A stretch of DNA of 64,000 nucleotides from an uncultured delta proteobacterium (GCA_963696385.1 CAVOKF010000008.1:192001-256000), one strand, 5' to 3'. Positions 19,689 to 30,280 are shown, counted from the stretch's first letter. The notes: generated by a model not told the origin, from the letters alone. A program made the numbers and translations.

Positions 19689-21581
19689 ATGACGCTTCGC
19701 ACGATCCTCCAGGCCATCGAAGACGCCGCGAAGGCTGAGCCGACGCGCGGCTTGCGTTTCGTGCCCGAATCCGGAGTGCCGGGGTTCCCGGGCCCCAGCC
19801 GTCCCAAGGAACCGGGCGGCGGCCTGGCCGACGGGGCGCTTGTTGCCGGCAGCGAGATCAGCGAGGCGTCGTTTTCGTACACCGCCGTAGAGCGCATCAG
19901 CGCTCGGTTTGGCGGGGCTCTTCAGGCTCTCGGTCTCCGCAAGGGCGATCGGGTAGCCCTGATCTTGCCGGACAACGGCGACTTCGTATTGTGCTTTCTC
20001 GGCGCGATCCGGGCCGGCGTCATTCCGGTGCCCATCTATCCGCCGATGTCGGTCGGTCAGCTTCAGGCTTACCTCGACAACACTCGCCATATCGTCGCGA
20101 AGAGCGGCGCGCGCGTGCTCATCACGACGACGCGGATCAAGCGCCTGCTCGGCACCGTGCAGGCCGCGTGTCCGGCGCTCGAGCAAGTCGTCGCGATCGA
20201 GGGGATCCGCGAGTCGAGCGAGCCGCTGAAGGCCCAGAAGATCGGAATCGACGACGTCGCCTTCCTTCAATTCACGAGCGGGTCCACTTCGCGACCCAAG
20301 GGCGTGGCGCTCAGCCATGCCAATCTTGCCGCGAACATCGCGTGCATCATGCAAGAGGGGCTGCGCATTCGCGACGACGACGTCGGCATCTCGTGGCTGC
20401 CGCTCTATCACGACATGGGGTTGATCGGCTTCGTGTTGGCGCCGCTCTATCACCGCACGCCCATCGTCTATCTGCCGTCGCTTCTCTTTCTGAAGCGCCC
20501 GGTCACTTGGTTTCAGGCGTTCAGTCGCCACGGCGGGTCCATCGCGTTCGCTCCGAACTTCGCCTACGCGTTGTGCATCAAGCGGATTCGCCGTGCCGAT
20601 CTCGAAGGAATCGACCTTTCGAGATGGCGGGTCGCCGGGTGCGGGGCCGAACCAATCCGCCCCGAGACGCTCGAAAGCTTCGCCGGCGCGTTCGCCCCCG
20701 TCGGCTTCCGAAAGGAGGCCATCTGTGCATCGTACGGACTGGCCGAATCGTCGCTCGCCGTGGCTTTCTCGGAGCTCGACGAAGGCTTGAAGACGATGAG
20801 CGTGGACGGCCCGCGGCTCTGGGATCACGGGCAAGCGACACCCGTTTCGGAGTCGGACGAGGCGGCCGTGCGTTTGGTCTCGTGCGGGCGCCCGTTCGCT
20901 CGCCACACGATCGCGATCTTCTCGGAAGACGACGCTTCGGACGAGCGGCCGCTGCCGGATGGCACGGTCGGCGAGGTGCGCATCACGGGCCCGAGCGTCA
21001 TGCGGGGCTATTGGGAGGACGTCGAAGCCACGCGCCTTGCCTTTGCCGGAGGCGCGCTGCGAACGGGGGACCTGGGATTCTTATGCGACGGACACCTGTA
21101 CATCTGCGGACGCAGCAAAGAGATCGTGATTGTCAACGGGCGCAACTACTACCCGCAGGACATGGAATGGGAGGCGGGTAAAGTCGTCGGTGTCCGCAAA
21201 GGCAACGTGGTGGCCTTCGGCGCGCGCGATCCGAGCGGCGTCGAGCGCGACCGCGAACGGGTGGTCGTTGCGTTCGAGGTGCAGGAGACCGAGCGGTTGG
21301 GGCAATCGGCGAGCCTCATCGCCGAGGTGCGGCGCGTCGTGCAGGAGGGCATGGGCCTCACGCTCGACGACGTCGTCGCCCTACCCCCCGGTGCCCTTCC
21401 GAAAACGTCGAGCGGGAAACTGCAGCGTGCCAAGTCCCGCGAGCTCTACGAGACAGGCGTGCTCATGGGGCGTCCGAGCTCGCGCGATCCCAGCAAGCTC
21501 GACACGGCGAAGCACGCCGCGATCAGCCAGCTGAACTATCTGAAGCTTGCCGTTCTCGGCAGCCGCAAGCGCAAGGACTGA
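19689..21581 (+). CDS. Fatty acyl-AMP ligase (FAAL)
   Basis: FLQFTSGSTSRPKGV, SWLPLYHDMGLIG, YGLAE, RTGDLG, PKTSSGK. Confidence 0.93.
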   Translation: MTLRTILQAIEDAAKAEPTRGLRFVPESGVPGFPGPSRPKEPGGGLADGALVAGSEISEASFSYTAVERISARFGGALQALGLRKGDRVALILPDNGDFVLCFLGAIRAGVIPVPIYPPMSVGQLQAYLDNTRHIVAKSGARVLITTTRIKRLLGTVQAACPALEQVVAIEGIRESSEPLKAQKIGIDDVAFLQFTSGSTSRPKGVALSHANLAANIACIMQEGLRIRDDDVGISWLPLYHDMGLIGFVLAPLYHRTPIVYLPSLLFLKRPVTWFQAFSRHGGSIAFAPNFAYALCIKRIRRADLEGIDLSRWRVAGCGAEPIRPETLESFAGAFAPVGFRKEAICASYGLAESSLAVAFSELDEGLKTMSVDGPRLWDHGQATPVSESDEAAVRLVSCGRPFARHTIAIFSEDDASDERPLPDGTVGEVRITGPSVMRGYWEDVEATRLAFAGGALRTGDLGFLCDGHLYICGRSKEIVIVNGRNYYPQDMEWEAGKVVGVRKGNVVAFGARDPSGVERDRERVVVAFEVQETERLGQSASLIAEVRRVVQEGMGLTLDDVVALPPGALPKTSSGKLQRAKSRELYETGVLMGRPSSRDPSKLDTAKHAAISQLNYLKLAVLGSRKRKD

Positions 21582-21664
21582 GCGTTTTCTCGCGGGCCGG
21601 TCTCGGGCACGACGTCGTCGGGGAGCGGCCGAAGTGCTCGCTCACCCGTCCGTGATGTTCGCGC

Positions 21665-21699
21665 AATCTAGAATAGGTTGCAGATCAGAATCGTTCTTA
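21665..21699. promoter_or_regulatory. Candidate Fur/PerR operator
   Basis: AT-rich patch with AGAATCGTTCT inverted repeat just upstream of the Fur-family gene. Confidence 0.5.
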
Positions 21700-21715
21700 C
21701 TATGCTCCGCGCTCG

Positions 21716-22267
21716 ATGGTCGCGACCGAGCGGGCGAACGCGATGCTGCGCGACCTTCGTCGGTCCGGGTTGAAACTGACCCCGCAGCGGATCGCGATCG
21801 TGCGCCTGTTCGCAAGCGACCTGTCTCATCCGACCGCACAGGATCTGTTCGAACGGCTTCGCCGGGACTTTGCCTCGATGAGCTTCGCGACCGTCTACAA
21901 CACGATTGATACCCTCGCGCGCGCCGGACTCGCCGGCATCCTGCGACTGTCCGGCAAACGGGGCGAAGCGGCGCGCTTCGACCCGAATACCGCTCCGCAT
22001 CATCACGCGGTATGCGACCGATGCGGCACGGTGGTCGACATCGCCGCCGGAACTCTGTCGCCGACGCTCGCCTCGGCCAAGAAGCTCCGGCGTTCGGCGC
22101 CTGGTTTTTCGGTTCGGGCGGTGGAACGGATTTACCGCGGGCTCTGTGCGGACTGCGCACAGCCGAGTTCGCAGTCACGAAAAAGGAGAAAGCATGGCCA
22201 AGTCACTTCAGGGAACCAAAACCCACCAGAATCTCAAAGAAGCATTCGCCGGCGAATCGCAAGCTAA
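21716..22267 (+). CDS. Fur/PerR-family transcriptional regulator
   Basis: LKLTPQR, HPTA, ATVYNT, HHHAVCDRC, CADC; overlaps rubrerythrin by ~74 nt. Confidence 0.9.
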   Translation: MVATERANAMLRDLRRSGLKLTPQRIAIVRLFASDLSHPTAQDLFERLRRDFASMSFATVYNTIDTLARAGLAGILRLSGKRGEAARFDPNTAPHHHAVCDRCGTVVDIAAGTLSPTLASAKKLRRSAPGFSVRAVERIYRGLCADCAQPSSQSRKRRKHGQVTSGNQNPPESQRSIRRRIAS

Positions 22268-22619
22268 CCGCCGGTATCTTTATTTCGCAAAAGTCGCCGA
22301 CGTCGAGGGCTTCCCCGAGATTGCCGGAAATTTCAAAGAGACGGCGGACGGAGAAACCGGTCACGCGCACGGACATCTCGACTATCTCAAGCAAGTCGGC
22401 GATCCGGCGACGGGCCTGCCCATCGGAAACACCGAGAAGAACCTCAAGGCCTCGGTGGCCGGAGAGACCTACGAATACGAAACCATGTACCCGGGCATGG
22501 CGAAGACAGCGCGAGACGAGGGTTTCGACGACGTCGCCGAATGGTTCGAGACCCTCGCCAAGGCCGAGAAGAGCCACGCGGGTCGCTTCCAGAAGATGCT
22601 CGAGGTTCTCAAGAACTGA
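22194..22619 (+). CDS. Rubrerythrin (short, no rubredoxin domain)
   Basis: [40 protein letters not shown]. Confidence 0.95.
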   Translation: MAKSLQGTKTHQNLKEAFAGESQANRRYLYFAKVADVEGFPEIAGNFKETADGETGHAHGHLDYLKQVGDPATGLPIGNTEKNLKASVAGETYEYETMYPGMAKTARDEGFDDVAEWFETLAKAEKSHAGRFQKMLEVLKN

Positions 22620-22842
22620 GCGCCCTCGGCTCTTGCCGTCGAGCGCACCTCGAAGTCGAACGCTCGCCAGCGAGGGAGCGGCTCGAGAGTGCGCGCACGA
22701 ATCGAGCGCCCTCGGCACCCGGGGTGCTTGACACGAGTCGAACGCCGAACGGATCGGATTCATCGGGACAATGCGAGCCCGGCTCGCCTTGTCCCGGCAT
22801 TCCCGCCGCGGCCAAACCTGGCTTCGTCCCTCCCCTTGGCCC

Positions 22843-24168
22843 ATGCCGAAAATCGACATCGTTCCGAAGAAGCCGCCGGCGTTGGACCCGAGCGACGATC
22901 GCTATTGGGACGCGCGCGATCTCGAGGGGGAGATGCGGCGGGTGCTCGAAATTTGTCACGGCTGCCGCATGTGCGTCGGCTACTGCGGAACTTTCCCGGA
23001 CGTCTTCGCGCGGGTCGACCGCGACATCGAACAACGGGGAGCGACCGGCGCGGAGTTGCTCGACGAAGAGGCGTTCGCCCAAGCATCCAATCTGTGTTGG
23101 CAATGCAAACTGTGCTTCGTCAAGTGCCCGTACACGGCCGACGAAGGCCACGCTTGGCGGGTCGACGTGCCCCGTTTGCTGTTGCGCGAGAAGGCGCAAC
23201 GCGCGCGGCGCACCGGGATCTCTTTGCAGGATCGCGTTCTGGGCGAGCCCCAGATCTTGGGGCGCCTGACGGCCGGACCCCTCGCGCGCGTCGCGAACTT
23301 CGTCAACGCCAACCGGCTGGTGCGAAAGACGCTCGAGGCCACGGCGGGCATCGCGGCCGATTTCGCGCTGCCCCCGTTCGGCGATACGAGCTTTGCCCAC
23401 TGGCTGGCGCGCCACGAGCCGCTCGCCGGAGCGGGATCGCGCGGCTCGGTCGCGCTCTTTGCCACGTGCCTTGGCGACTACAACTTCCCCCGCATCGCGG
23501 CGAGCGCGGTGCGGGTGCTCGAAAAGAACGGCTGGTCGGTCGTTCGCCCGCAGCAAACGTGCTGCGGGATGCCCAATCTCGACGGCGGCGACATCGACGC
23601 CGCTCGCGCCAAGGCGAGCGCGAACGTCGCGGCGCTCGCGCGCGAGGTCGAACAGGGGCGAAAGGTGGTTTCGCTTCAGCCAACCTGCGGCTACATGATC
23701 CGCAAGGAATGGCCCGAGCTCCTGCGAACGCCGGAGGCTCAGGCGGTCGCCGGGGCCACCGTGGACGTGATGGAGCTGCTCGAGCAGCAGCGGCGCGACA
23801 AGACGCTCGCGCGCGACTTCTCGAGAGGGCTCGGACGCGTGACCTACCATGCGGCTTGCCATCTTCGTGCACAGAAGATCGGCTACCCGGCCGTCCGCTT
23901 GCTGCATGCGTTGCCCGAGACCGAGGTGGAAGTGATCGAGCAATGCTCGGCCGTCGACGGGACGTGGGGGATGAAAGCGCAGTACTACGAAATGGGACGG
24001 CGCTATGCCGGCAAGCTCGTGCAGAGCATCGACGCGAGCCCCGCAGACGTCGTTCTCACCGACTGTGCGCTGGCCGCGCGCCGCGTCCTGAAGGAGACTG
24101 GCCGCGTGGCCATTCACCCCGTGGAGGCTCTCGCGCAGGCTTACGGGATCGCGCCGGACGTGCATTGA
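22843..24168 (+). CDS. Fe-S oxidoreductase (GlpC/HdrD-like, CCG domains)
   Basis: CHGCRMCVGYC, CWQCKLCFVKCPY, CCGMP, HAACH. Confidence 0.92.
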   Translation: MPKIDIVPKKPPALDPSDDRYWDARDLEGEMRRVLEICHGCRMCVGYCGTFPDVFARVDRDIEQRGATGAELLDEEAFAQASNLCWQCKLCFVKCPYTADEGHAWRVDVPRLLLREKAQRARRTGISLQDRVLGEPQILGRLTAGPLARVANFVNANRLVRKTLEATAGIAADFALPPFGDTSFAHWLARHEPLAGAGSRGSVALFATCLGDYNFPRIAASAVRVLEKNGWSVVRPQQTCCGMPNLDGGDIDAARAKASANVAALAREVEQGRKVVSLQPTCGYMIRKEWPELLRTPEAQAVAGATVDVMELLEQQRRDKTLARDFSRGLGRVTYHAACHLRAQKIGYPAVRLLHALPETEVEVIEQCSAVDGTWGMKAQYYEMGRRYAGKLVQSIDASPADVVLTDCALAARRVLKETGRVAIHPVEALAQAYGIAPDVH

Positions 24169-24205
24169 GCGTCCGGGTGTGCCCTCCCGCATCAACGGAG
24201 GTCCG

Positions 24206-24805
24206 ATGAAACCCATCGATCGAAACGAGGTTCTCGGTTTGGCCGACTACGAGACCATCCGCGAGCGGTTCAGGTCTCGCGTCGTCGCCGAGAAGAAGCG
24301 CCGGCGCGTTCAGCTCGGCCCGAACGTCAGTGTGCTGTTCGAAAATCGGGACACGGTGCTCCTTCAGATTCAGGAGATGCTGCGCGCCGAACGGATCACG
24401 CGTCCAGGCGCCATCCAGCACGAGATCGACACCTACAACGAGAACCTTCCGGGCGACGACGAGCTGTCCTGCACGTTGATGATCGAGATCGCCGAGACGG
24501 CCGAGCGCGATGCCTTCCTGCGCGGCGCGCTGGGCTTCGAAAAAACGGTGTCGCTCGTCGTGCGAGGCGGGCGGCTCCCGGCCCACGAGGTGGCTCGAGA
24601 CGCTGGCGTGGTCGACCGGACGACCGCCGTGCACTACTTGAAGTTCAAGTTGCCGGGAGCGCTCGCCGAGGAGCTGCGGACGCTGCAGCGGGCGTCGTCG
24701 GTGCGACCGCAAGTCGAACTTCGGGTCGACCACCCGATTTACGTGGCCGCGGCGGTATTGCCACCCGAGACCGTGCTCGAATTGGCGGAGGATCTGCGAA
24801 CGTAG
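24206..24805 (+). CDS. DUF3501-family protein
   Basis: FENRDTV..QIQEMLRAE and TAVHYLKF; typical partner of rubrerythrin plus Fe-S oxidoreductase. Confidence 0.85.
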   Translation: MKPIDRNEVLGLADYETIRERFRSRVVAEKKRRRVQLGPNVSVLFENRDTVLLQIQEMLRAERITRPGAIQHEIDTYNENLPGDDELSCTLMIEIAETAERDAFLRGALGFEKTVSLVVRGGRLPAHEVARDAGVVDRTTAVHYLKFKLPGALAEELRTLQRASSVRPQVELRVDHPIYVAAAVLPPETVLELAEDLRT

Positions 24806-24812
24806 GTCGGGC

Positions 24813-24905
24813 GCGACCCTCGACCGCGACATCGACCCCGACACTCGGCCGCGACCTCGACCGCGACGACCTCGACCGCGACACTCGACCCCGACCGGGC
24901 GACCT
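24813..24905. repeat. Degenerate GACCYC/GACCGC hexamer tract
   Basis: Between convergent DUF3501 and lgt stops. Confidence 0.75.
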
Positions 24906-24921
24906 TGGATTTCGCACCCCT

Positions 24922-25839
24922 CTAGGCGATGGCTTGGGCGTCTGGTTTTGCGGATGCAGCTCGTACGGCATCGGCGGGATCGATGCCGCTTGCGCGCAGC
25001 TTGTGGACGTACGGGATCATGGCGATGCCGAACACGAATAGGGCGATGCATCCATACTGTGCGGGTGTCAGTCCGGCGTAGCGCGTGTCTCCCCCTTCGC
25101 TTTCGGGTATGCGAAGAAAGTCCATGGCAAACCGCACGGGCGCATAGGCGATGGCCGTCACGACGACGTACGAGCCCATCGGGACGCGACGTCGCCAGGT
25201 GAGCGCAAAGCACGCGGCCAGGACGATCGTGAAGAGAAGTTCGAGAAAGCCGAGATCGAACCGGGGATCGTGGCCGTGGATGAATTCGATGAAGCCGATT
25301 CGCGTCACGGATCCGTCGCCGGCGCGAAGCGGATGCTCCACGGCCAAGAGGCTGTCGGGCGACGCGCGTCCGCCGAGATGATCGTGGACCGTAGAACAAC
25401 CGGCGCGACCGAACATCCAGCCGATCGGAAGCACGGAGAGAACGAGGTCGGCGAACGGCAAGATCGGCATCGGTCGCGGCCGAACGTGCGGACGCCCGTC
25501 GTCGATCACGTAGTACCGCCAGAGCAAGATTCCGACGACGGCCCCGACGAACCCCCCGAACGAGCTCAGTCCCATCCACGGCATGAAAAGAAACCAGGGA
25601 CGCGCGACGACCTCGTCCCAGTGGTAAAAAATCGAGTCGAGGAAGTGCGACAGCAGGAACGCGGCGATCAACATCCAGGTGACGAACGAATTGAACTGAA
25701 CCACGTCGTAACCGAGCTTCTGTGCCCGGCGCGTGGCGATGGATGTGCCCGTGAGCACGCCGGTCGCGACGAGCAGCCCAAAGGGATGGATCGGTATGGG
25801 ACCGATGTGCAGATCGGGAACGTGGATGTAAGGGACCAT
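24922..25839 (-). CDS. lgt: Prolipoprotein diacylglyceryl transferase
   Basis: GLSSFGGFVG, GRAGC...HDH, RFAMDFLR, LTPAQY; multi-TM. Confidence 0.88.
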   Translation of the reverse strand: MVPYIHVPDLHIGPIPIHPFGLLVATGVLTGTSIATRRAQKLGYDVVQFNSFVTWMLIAAFLLSHFLDSIFYHWDEVVARPWFLFMPWMGLSSFGGFVGAVVGILLWRYYVIDDGRPHVRPRPMPILPFADLVLSVLPIGWMFGRAGCSTVHDHLGGRASPDSLLAVEHPLRAGDGSVTRIGFIEFIHGHDPRFDLGFLELLFTIVLAACFALTWRRRVPMGSYVVVTAIAYAPVRFAMDFLRIPESEGGDTRYAGLTPAQYGCIALFVFGIAMIPYVHKLRASGIDPADAVRAASAKPDAQAIA

Positions 25840-25862
25840 GAATGGGCGCTTCGACGTCTATC

Positions 25863-27095
25863 TCATTCCGATGGACTGCGCACCGTCGGCAGAGCTTTCG
25901 TGCCGTCTCTCGCACGGTCCGGACGAACCTTCGGCTTCGCACCGAGCAGAGCGAGTTGACCGCACGCGGCACTCACGTCGTCGCCGCGACGGCGACGAAT
26001 GAAGCAGGAATACCCGGCCTCGCAGAGAATGCGCTGAAACAGGAGCACGCGCGACAGATCGGGCGGACCGAGCGAGCTCGGTCCGATGGGGTTCATCGGA
26101 ATGAGGTTTACTTTGACGGGGATTCCACGCAGGAGCCTGCCGAGCTTCTTCGCCTCGGCTGGATCGTCGTTTCGGCCGGCCACCAGGGTGTACTCGATGG
26201 TGATGCGACGGCGGCGCGGCAAGGGGTACGATCGCAAGGCCTCCATGAGAACCGGCAGTGGGTACTTCCGGTTGATCGGCATCAGCCGCGATCGCGTTTC
26301 GTCGTCGGCCGCGTGAAGCGACACGGCGAGGCCGATATTTCCGGCGAAGTCGGCACCCAGCCGCGCGATTTCCGGGACCAGGCCGCTCGTGGAGACCGTG
26401 ATGCGCCGTGGCGAAAGCGCGACGCCATCCGCATGGGTCATCAGCCGCAGCGCGCGCGCTGTGGCGTCGTAGTTGTGAAGGGGCTCGCCCATTCCCATGA
26501 ACACGACATTGCTGAGACGCTCGCCGTCCTCCAGGTGAGAGCGACCGGCCACGACCTGAGCGACAATCTCGTCCGCCCCGAGATGGCGCTTGAGCCCGGC
26601 CACCCCGCTCGCGCAGAAGACACAGCCCATGGCACAGCCGACTTGGGTGGACACGCACTGCGTGACGCGGACCGCGCGGTCGTCGCCATCTTCCTCGCTG
26701 CTCTCGACGTCGTCGTCGCCTGCGGCGGCATCGGCATCGACGGGTTCGAGATCCGGCCGAAGCGGCGACGGCAGGCTGCTGCGGGTCCCCGTCACCCCCG
26801 GGATGAGCACGGTCTCGATGGTGGCGCCGTCTTTGAGGCGCAGCAGAAGCTTGCGCGTGCGGTCGGTCGAGCGAAGGACGGCGGCCGTTGCAAACGTCTC
26901 CGGCAAATGGAGGTCCGTAAGCCACGCGCGCAAAGAGCGCGGCACGTCCGTCATCCGATCCGGATCGAGAACGCTGCGCGCGTGCAGCCATCGAAAGATC
27001 TGCCGCGCGTGAAAGGCCCGTCCGCCGCCGTCGCGAAGAGCGACGACCCACTCCTCGGGCGTTCGCGCGAGCGGCGGGACGTGGCCAGACTGCAC
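25863..27095 (-). CDS. rlmN: 23S rRNA m2A2503 radical-SAM methyltransferase
   Basis: CVSTQVGCAMGCVFC, MGMGEP, SLHA, NLIP, AACGQL. Confidence 0.96.
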   Translation of the reverse strand: MQSGHVPPLARTPEEWVVALRDGGGRAFHARQIFRWLHARSVLDPDRMTDVPRSLRAWLTDLHLPETFATAAVLRSTDRTRKLLLRLKDGATIETVLIPGVTGTRSSLPSPLRPDLEPVDADAAAGDDDVESSEEDGDDRAVRVTQCVSTQVGCAMGCVFCASGVAGLKRHLGADEIVAQVVAGRSHLEDGERLSNVVFMGMGEPLHNYDATARALRLMTHADGVALSPRRITVSTSGLVPEIARLGADFAGNIGLAVSLHAADDETRSRLMPINRKYPLPVLMEALRSYPLPRRRRITIEYTLVAGRNDDPAEAKKLGRLLRGIPVKVNLIPMNPIGPSSLGPPDLSRVLLFQRILCEAGYSCFIRRRRGDDVSAACGQLALLGAKPKVRPDRARDGTKALPTVRSPSE

Positions 27096-27112
27096 GCCGC
27101 GTAACGTAGCTT

Positions 27113-27268
27113 AGGCGCGCTCGGTCGCCATGAACTTCGGTGGTCCCGCAGGCGGAGCGGCAGCGGATCGCGGCGGACGCCCTCGGGTCGCCTCGGACTT
27201 CGGCAGCCGATCCGGGCGAGGCGCGCTCGGTCGCCATGAACTTCGGGTGGTCCCGCAGGCGGAGCGGC
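27113..27268. repeat. ~50-bp direct repeat x2 in the mazG-rlmN intergenic region
   Basis: AGGCGCGCTCGGTCGCCATGAACTTCGG(G)TGGTCCCGCAGGCGGAGCGGC at 27113 and 27219. Confidence 0.9.
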
Positions 27269-27279
27269 GACCAATCGCG

Positions 27280-28182
27280 TCAGGCGCTGTCGGTCGCCGC
27301 GGGCTTGGGCGGCCGACCCGACTCTGTGCCCTTGGCCTCGTCCCAGTAGGCGTCGAGAACGGCAAGCGGCAGGGCATCCTTTCCGCCCGACTCGCCCCAC
27401 CCTCCGTGATCCTCGCGCACGCGTCGCTCGACGTACGCGAACCGGGTCGAAAACTTGTCGATCGTGCGCCGAAGCGCGCCCTCGGCGTCGACGCCCAGAT
27501 GGCGAGCGAAGTTCACCAAGGCGAACAGAACGTCGCCCATCTCGGCTTCGATCGCGTCCGAATCGCCGCGCTCGACGGCCTCGTCGAGCTCGCCCATCTC
27601 TTCGCTTACCTTGGCGCGCGACCCTCGCGGGTCCTCCCAATCGAAGCCGACCCGGGCGACCTTCTCGCCGATTCTCTGGGCGCGGGTGAGCGCCGGCATG
27701 CTGCGCGGTACCCCCGACAGGATGCCCTTGTCGCCCTTTTCCTTGGCCTTGATTTTCTCCCAATTGCGGAGCACTTCGTCGGCGTCCTTCGCCTCGGTCT
27801 GTCCGAAGACGTGAGGGTGACGGTGGACCAGCTTGTCGACGATTCCGGCGATGACGTCGTCGATGGCAAAGGAGCCTTCCCGCCGCGCGAGCTCGCCCTG
27901 GAACACGACCTGGAGCAATAGATCGCCGAGCTCTTCGCGCATGGCGGCGCGGCTGCCCGAGTCGATCGCGTCGATGACTTCGCACGCCTCTTCCAGCACG
28001 TACTTGCGAAGCGTCTCGAAGGATTGATCGCGGTCCCACGGGCAGCCGTCGGGCTCCAACAGCCGGCGCATCACGCCCACGAGGCGGACCAACGTGGACC
28101 CGTCTTGCAGGTCCGTCGGGGGCACCGGACGAGGCTCGTCGGCGTCGAAGCGACGCAGCCGCTGGGACTCCGCTTCAGGCAT
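27280..28182 (-). CDS. mazG: Nucleoside triphosphate pyrophosphohydrolase
   Basis: GCPWDRDQ, EELGDLLLQ, RHPHVFG, GFDW, EMGDVLF. Confidence 0.95.
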   Translation of the reverse strand: MPEAESQRLRRFDADEPRPVPPTDLQDGSTLVRLVGVMRRLLEPDGCPWDRDQSFETLRKYVLEEACEVIDAIDSGSRAAMREELGDLLLQVVFQGELARREGSFAIDDVIAGIVDKLVHRHPHVFGQTEAKDADEVLRNWEKIKAKEKGDKGILSGVPRSMPALTRAQRIGEKVARVGFDWEDPRGSRAKVSEEMGELDEAVERGDSDAIEAEMGDVLFALVNFARHLGVDAEGALRRTIDKFSTRFAYVERRVREDHGGWGESGGKDALPLAVLDAYWDEAKGTESGRPPKPAATDSA

Positions 28183-28213
28183 GGGGCCAGCCAGGCTACA
28201 TTGACTCCGGCGA

Positions 28214-29353
28214 ATGTCGACCCTGTCTGCGCCGCCATCGTCGACGCCACCGCTCGTCCATCGGCCGTACCGACGGGTGGTCCCGATCGCCACGGCCATC
28301 GCGGTATTGGCGCTGGCGTACGTCTTGAGAGGCGTGCTTATTCCGCTTCTCTTCGCATTCTTGCTTGCCTACGTCCTCGACCCGTTCGTCGACTGGTTCG
28401 AAGCGCGCAAGGTTCCCCGCTCGATCGCCGCCCCGACCGTCATGTTGGGCATCGCCGGGTTGCTCGCGCTGATGGTGATCTTCGCGATCCCGATGTTCGT
28501 CGACGAACTGCGATCGGTCGCAACCGACTTGCCGGCGCAAGCGCGGGGCCTCGAAGTTCGCATCGAACCGTGGCTTTGGCGCAACCTGCATTTCCGGCCC
28601 CCGCACACGATGGACGAGCTCGGGACGGATTTGCAGGCCAAGCTCCACGAACAATTCCCGAACATCCTCACGGCGGCGACCGTCGCGCTTTTTGGAACGC
28701 TCAGCTACCTCGCCGTCGTTCTGAGCGCGCTCATCGTTCCGGTGTTCGCGCTTTACCTCTTGATCGACTTCGACCGAATCGTACGACGCACCGCTCAGCT
28801 CATCCCCCGTCGCTGGTACCCGCCGGTCGCGAGCGTCGCGAGGCAGATTCACCGCACCCTCGGCGGCTACGTGCGGGGCCAACTGACAGCGAACATCGTG
28901 CTCGGAGCGCTTTACGCCACAGGGCTACGCTTCGTCGACGTGCGGCTTGCGGTCCCCATCGGAGTGCTCACCGGCATGCTCGCGTTCGTGCCGTACATCG
29001 GCTTCGGCTGCGGTCTGTTCCTCGCCCTCTCGATGGCGACGCTCGATTGGCAGGGGCCTGGACGCTTGGCCGGCGTCCTGGCCGTGATGCTCGGAGTGCA
29101 GGTCCTCGACGGCCTCGTCGTTACGCCTCGCATCGTGGGCCGATCGGTGGGACTGGCCCCGCTCGAGGTGCTGCTCACGATGATGGCGGCCGGAACGCTG
29201 TTCGGTTTTGTCGGAGTCCTCTTGGCCGTACCGCTCGGCGCCGTCGTGAAGATTCTCGTGCAGCGCGTCGTGAAGGCCTACCTCGCTTCCGACTTCTACG
29301 GTCAGAACGTCGCGCCGCAACCGGCGGTGCGGTCAGCGACCCAACGTGAGTGA
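28214..29353 (+). CDS. AI-2E family transporter
   Basis: AYVLDP, YVRGQL, FVPYIG, TPRIVGRSVGL. Confidence 0.92.
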   Translation: MSTLSAPPSSTPPLVHRPYRRVVPIATAIAVLALAYVLRGVLIPLLFAFLLAYVLDPFVDWFEARKVPRSIAAPTVMLGIAGLLALMVIFAIPMFVDELRSVATDLPAQARGLEVRIEPWLWRNLHFRPPHTMDELGTDLQAKLHEQFPNILTAATVALFGTLSYLAVVLSALIVPVFALYLLIDFDRIVRRTAQLIPRRWYPPVASVARQIHRTLGGYVRGQLTANIVLGALYATGLRFVDVRLAVPIGVLTGMLAFVPYIGFGCGLFLALSMATLDWQGPGRLAGVLAVMLGVQVLDGLVVTPRIVGRSVGLAPLEVLLTMMAAGTLFGFVGVLLAVPLGAVVKILVQRVVKAYLASDFYGQNVAPQPAVRSATQRE

Positions 29354-30126
29354 CGACATCCTGGTCGAGACCGTCGGTGCGACCCGAGTCGTGACCATCC
29401 ACCGCCCGCAGGCCAGGAATGCGCTGACCCCGGGGGTCCTGGCGGGGCTCCGGGATGCGTTCCGCCAAGCCTCGACCGACCGCGCCGTGCGATGCGTGGT
29501 CCTCACCGGCTCCGGCGAGCATTTCTGCGCCGGGGCGGACCTGAACCTCATCCTGGCCGATCCCGAAATCGACCGTCACCTGGAAGGGTATCTGGACGCG
29601 TTTCACGATCTGGTCCAAAGCGTGGTCCGCTGCGACAAGCCCACGATCGCGATGGTGGATGGAGCGGCGGTGGGCTTCGGCGCCGACCTCGCCTTTGCCT
29701 GCGATCTCCGGGTGCTCACGACTCGGGCGTATACCCAGGAGAAGTTCGTCCAGATCGGATTGATTCCGGACGGTGGGGGTAGCTTTTGGCTGCCGCGCCT
29801 GGTCGGTACCGCCAAAGCGATGCACATGATCCTGCTCGCGGAGCGGGTGGACGCGTCGGTGTTGCACGACCTCGGCGTCGCAAGTGCCGTGGTCGACGCG
29901 GACCGGCTGCGCGAAGCCACCCTCGCGATCGCTCGACAGATTCGAGTCCGGCCCTCCCCTCGCCTTTGCCGCCGTCAAGCGCACCGTCTACGCCAACTGG
30001 GGATCGCTCGACGACGCGCTGCGACGAGAGCGCGAAGAGCAATTGAAACTCCTGCGAAGCGCCGACTTCGCAGAAGGGGTCGCCGCCTGGAGGGAGCGCC
30101 GCAAAGCGCGGTTCGAAGGCCGATAA
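29346..30126 (+). CDS. Enoyl-CoA hydratase/isomerase (PaaG-like); +1 frameshift near 29941
   Basis: FCAGADL, GAAVGFG and IGLIPDGG in frame 1; ESGPPLA...DFAEGVAAW..RKARFEGR in the next frame. Confidence 0.88.
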
Positions 30127-30136
30127 GGCGAAGGGC

Positions 30137-30280
30137 GACCTCGACCCCGACCCCGACAACCTCGACCCCGACCCCGACCTCGACCCCCGACCTCGACCCC
30201 CGACCTCGACCCCCGACCTCGACCCCCGACCTCGATCCCCGACCTCGACCCCCGACCTCGACCCCCAACCTCGACCCCGA
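30137..30280. repeat. GACCCC/GACCTC hexamer tract
   Basis: ~20 units between convergent stops of the enoyl-CoA hydratase and cysK. Confidence 0.92.
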
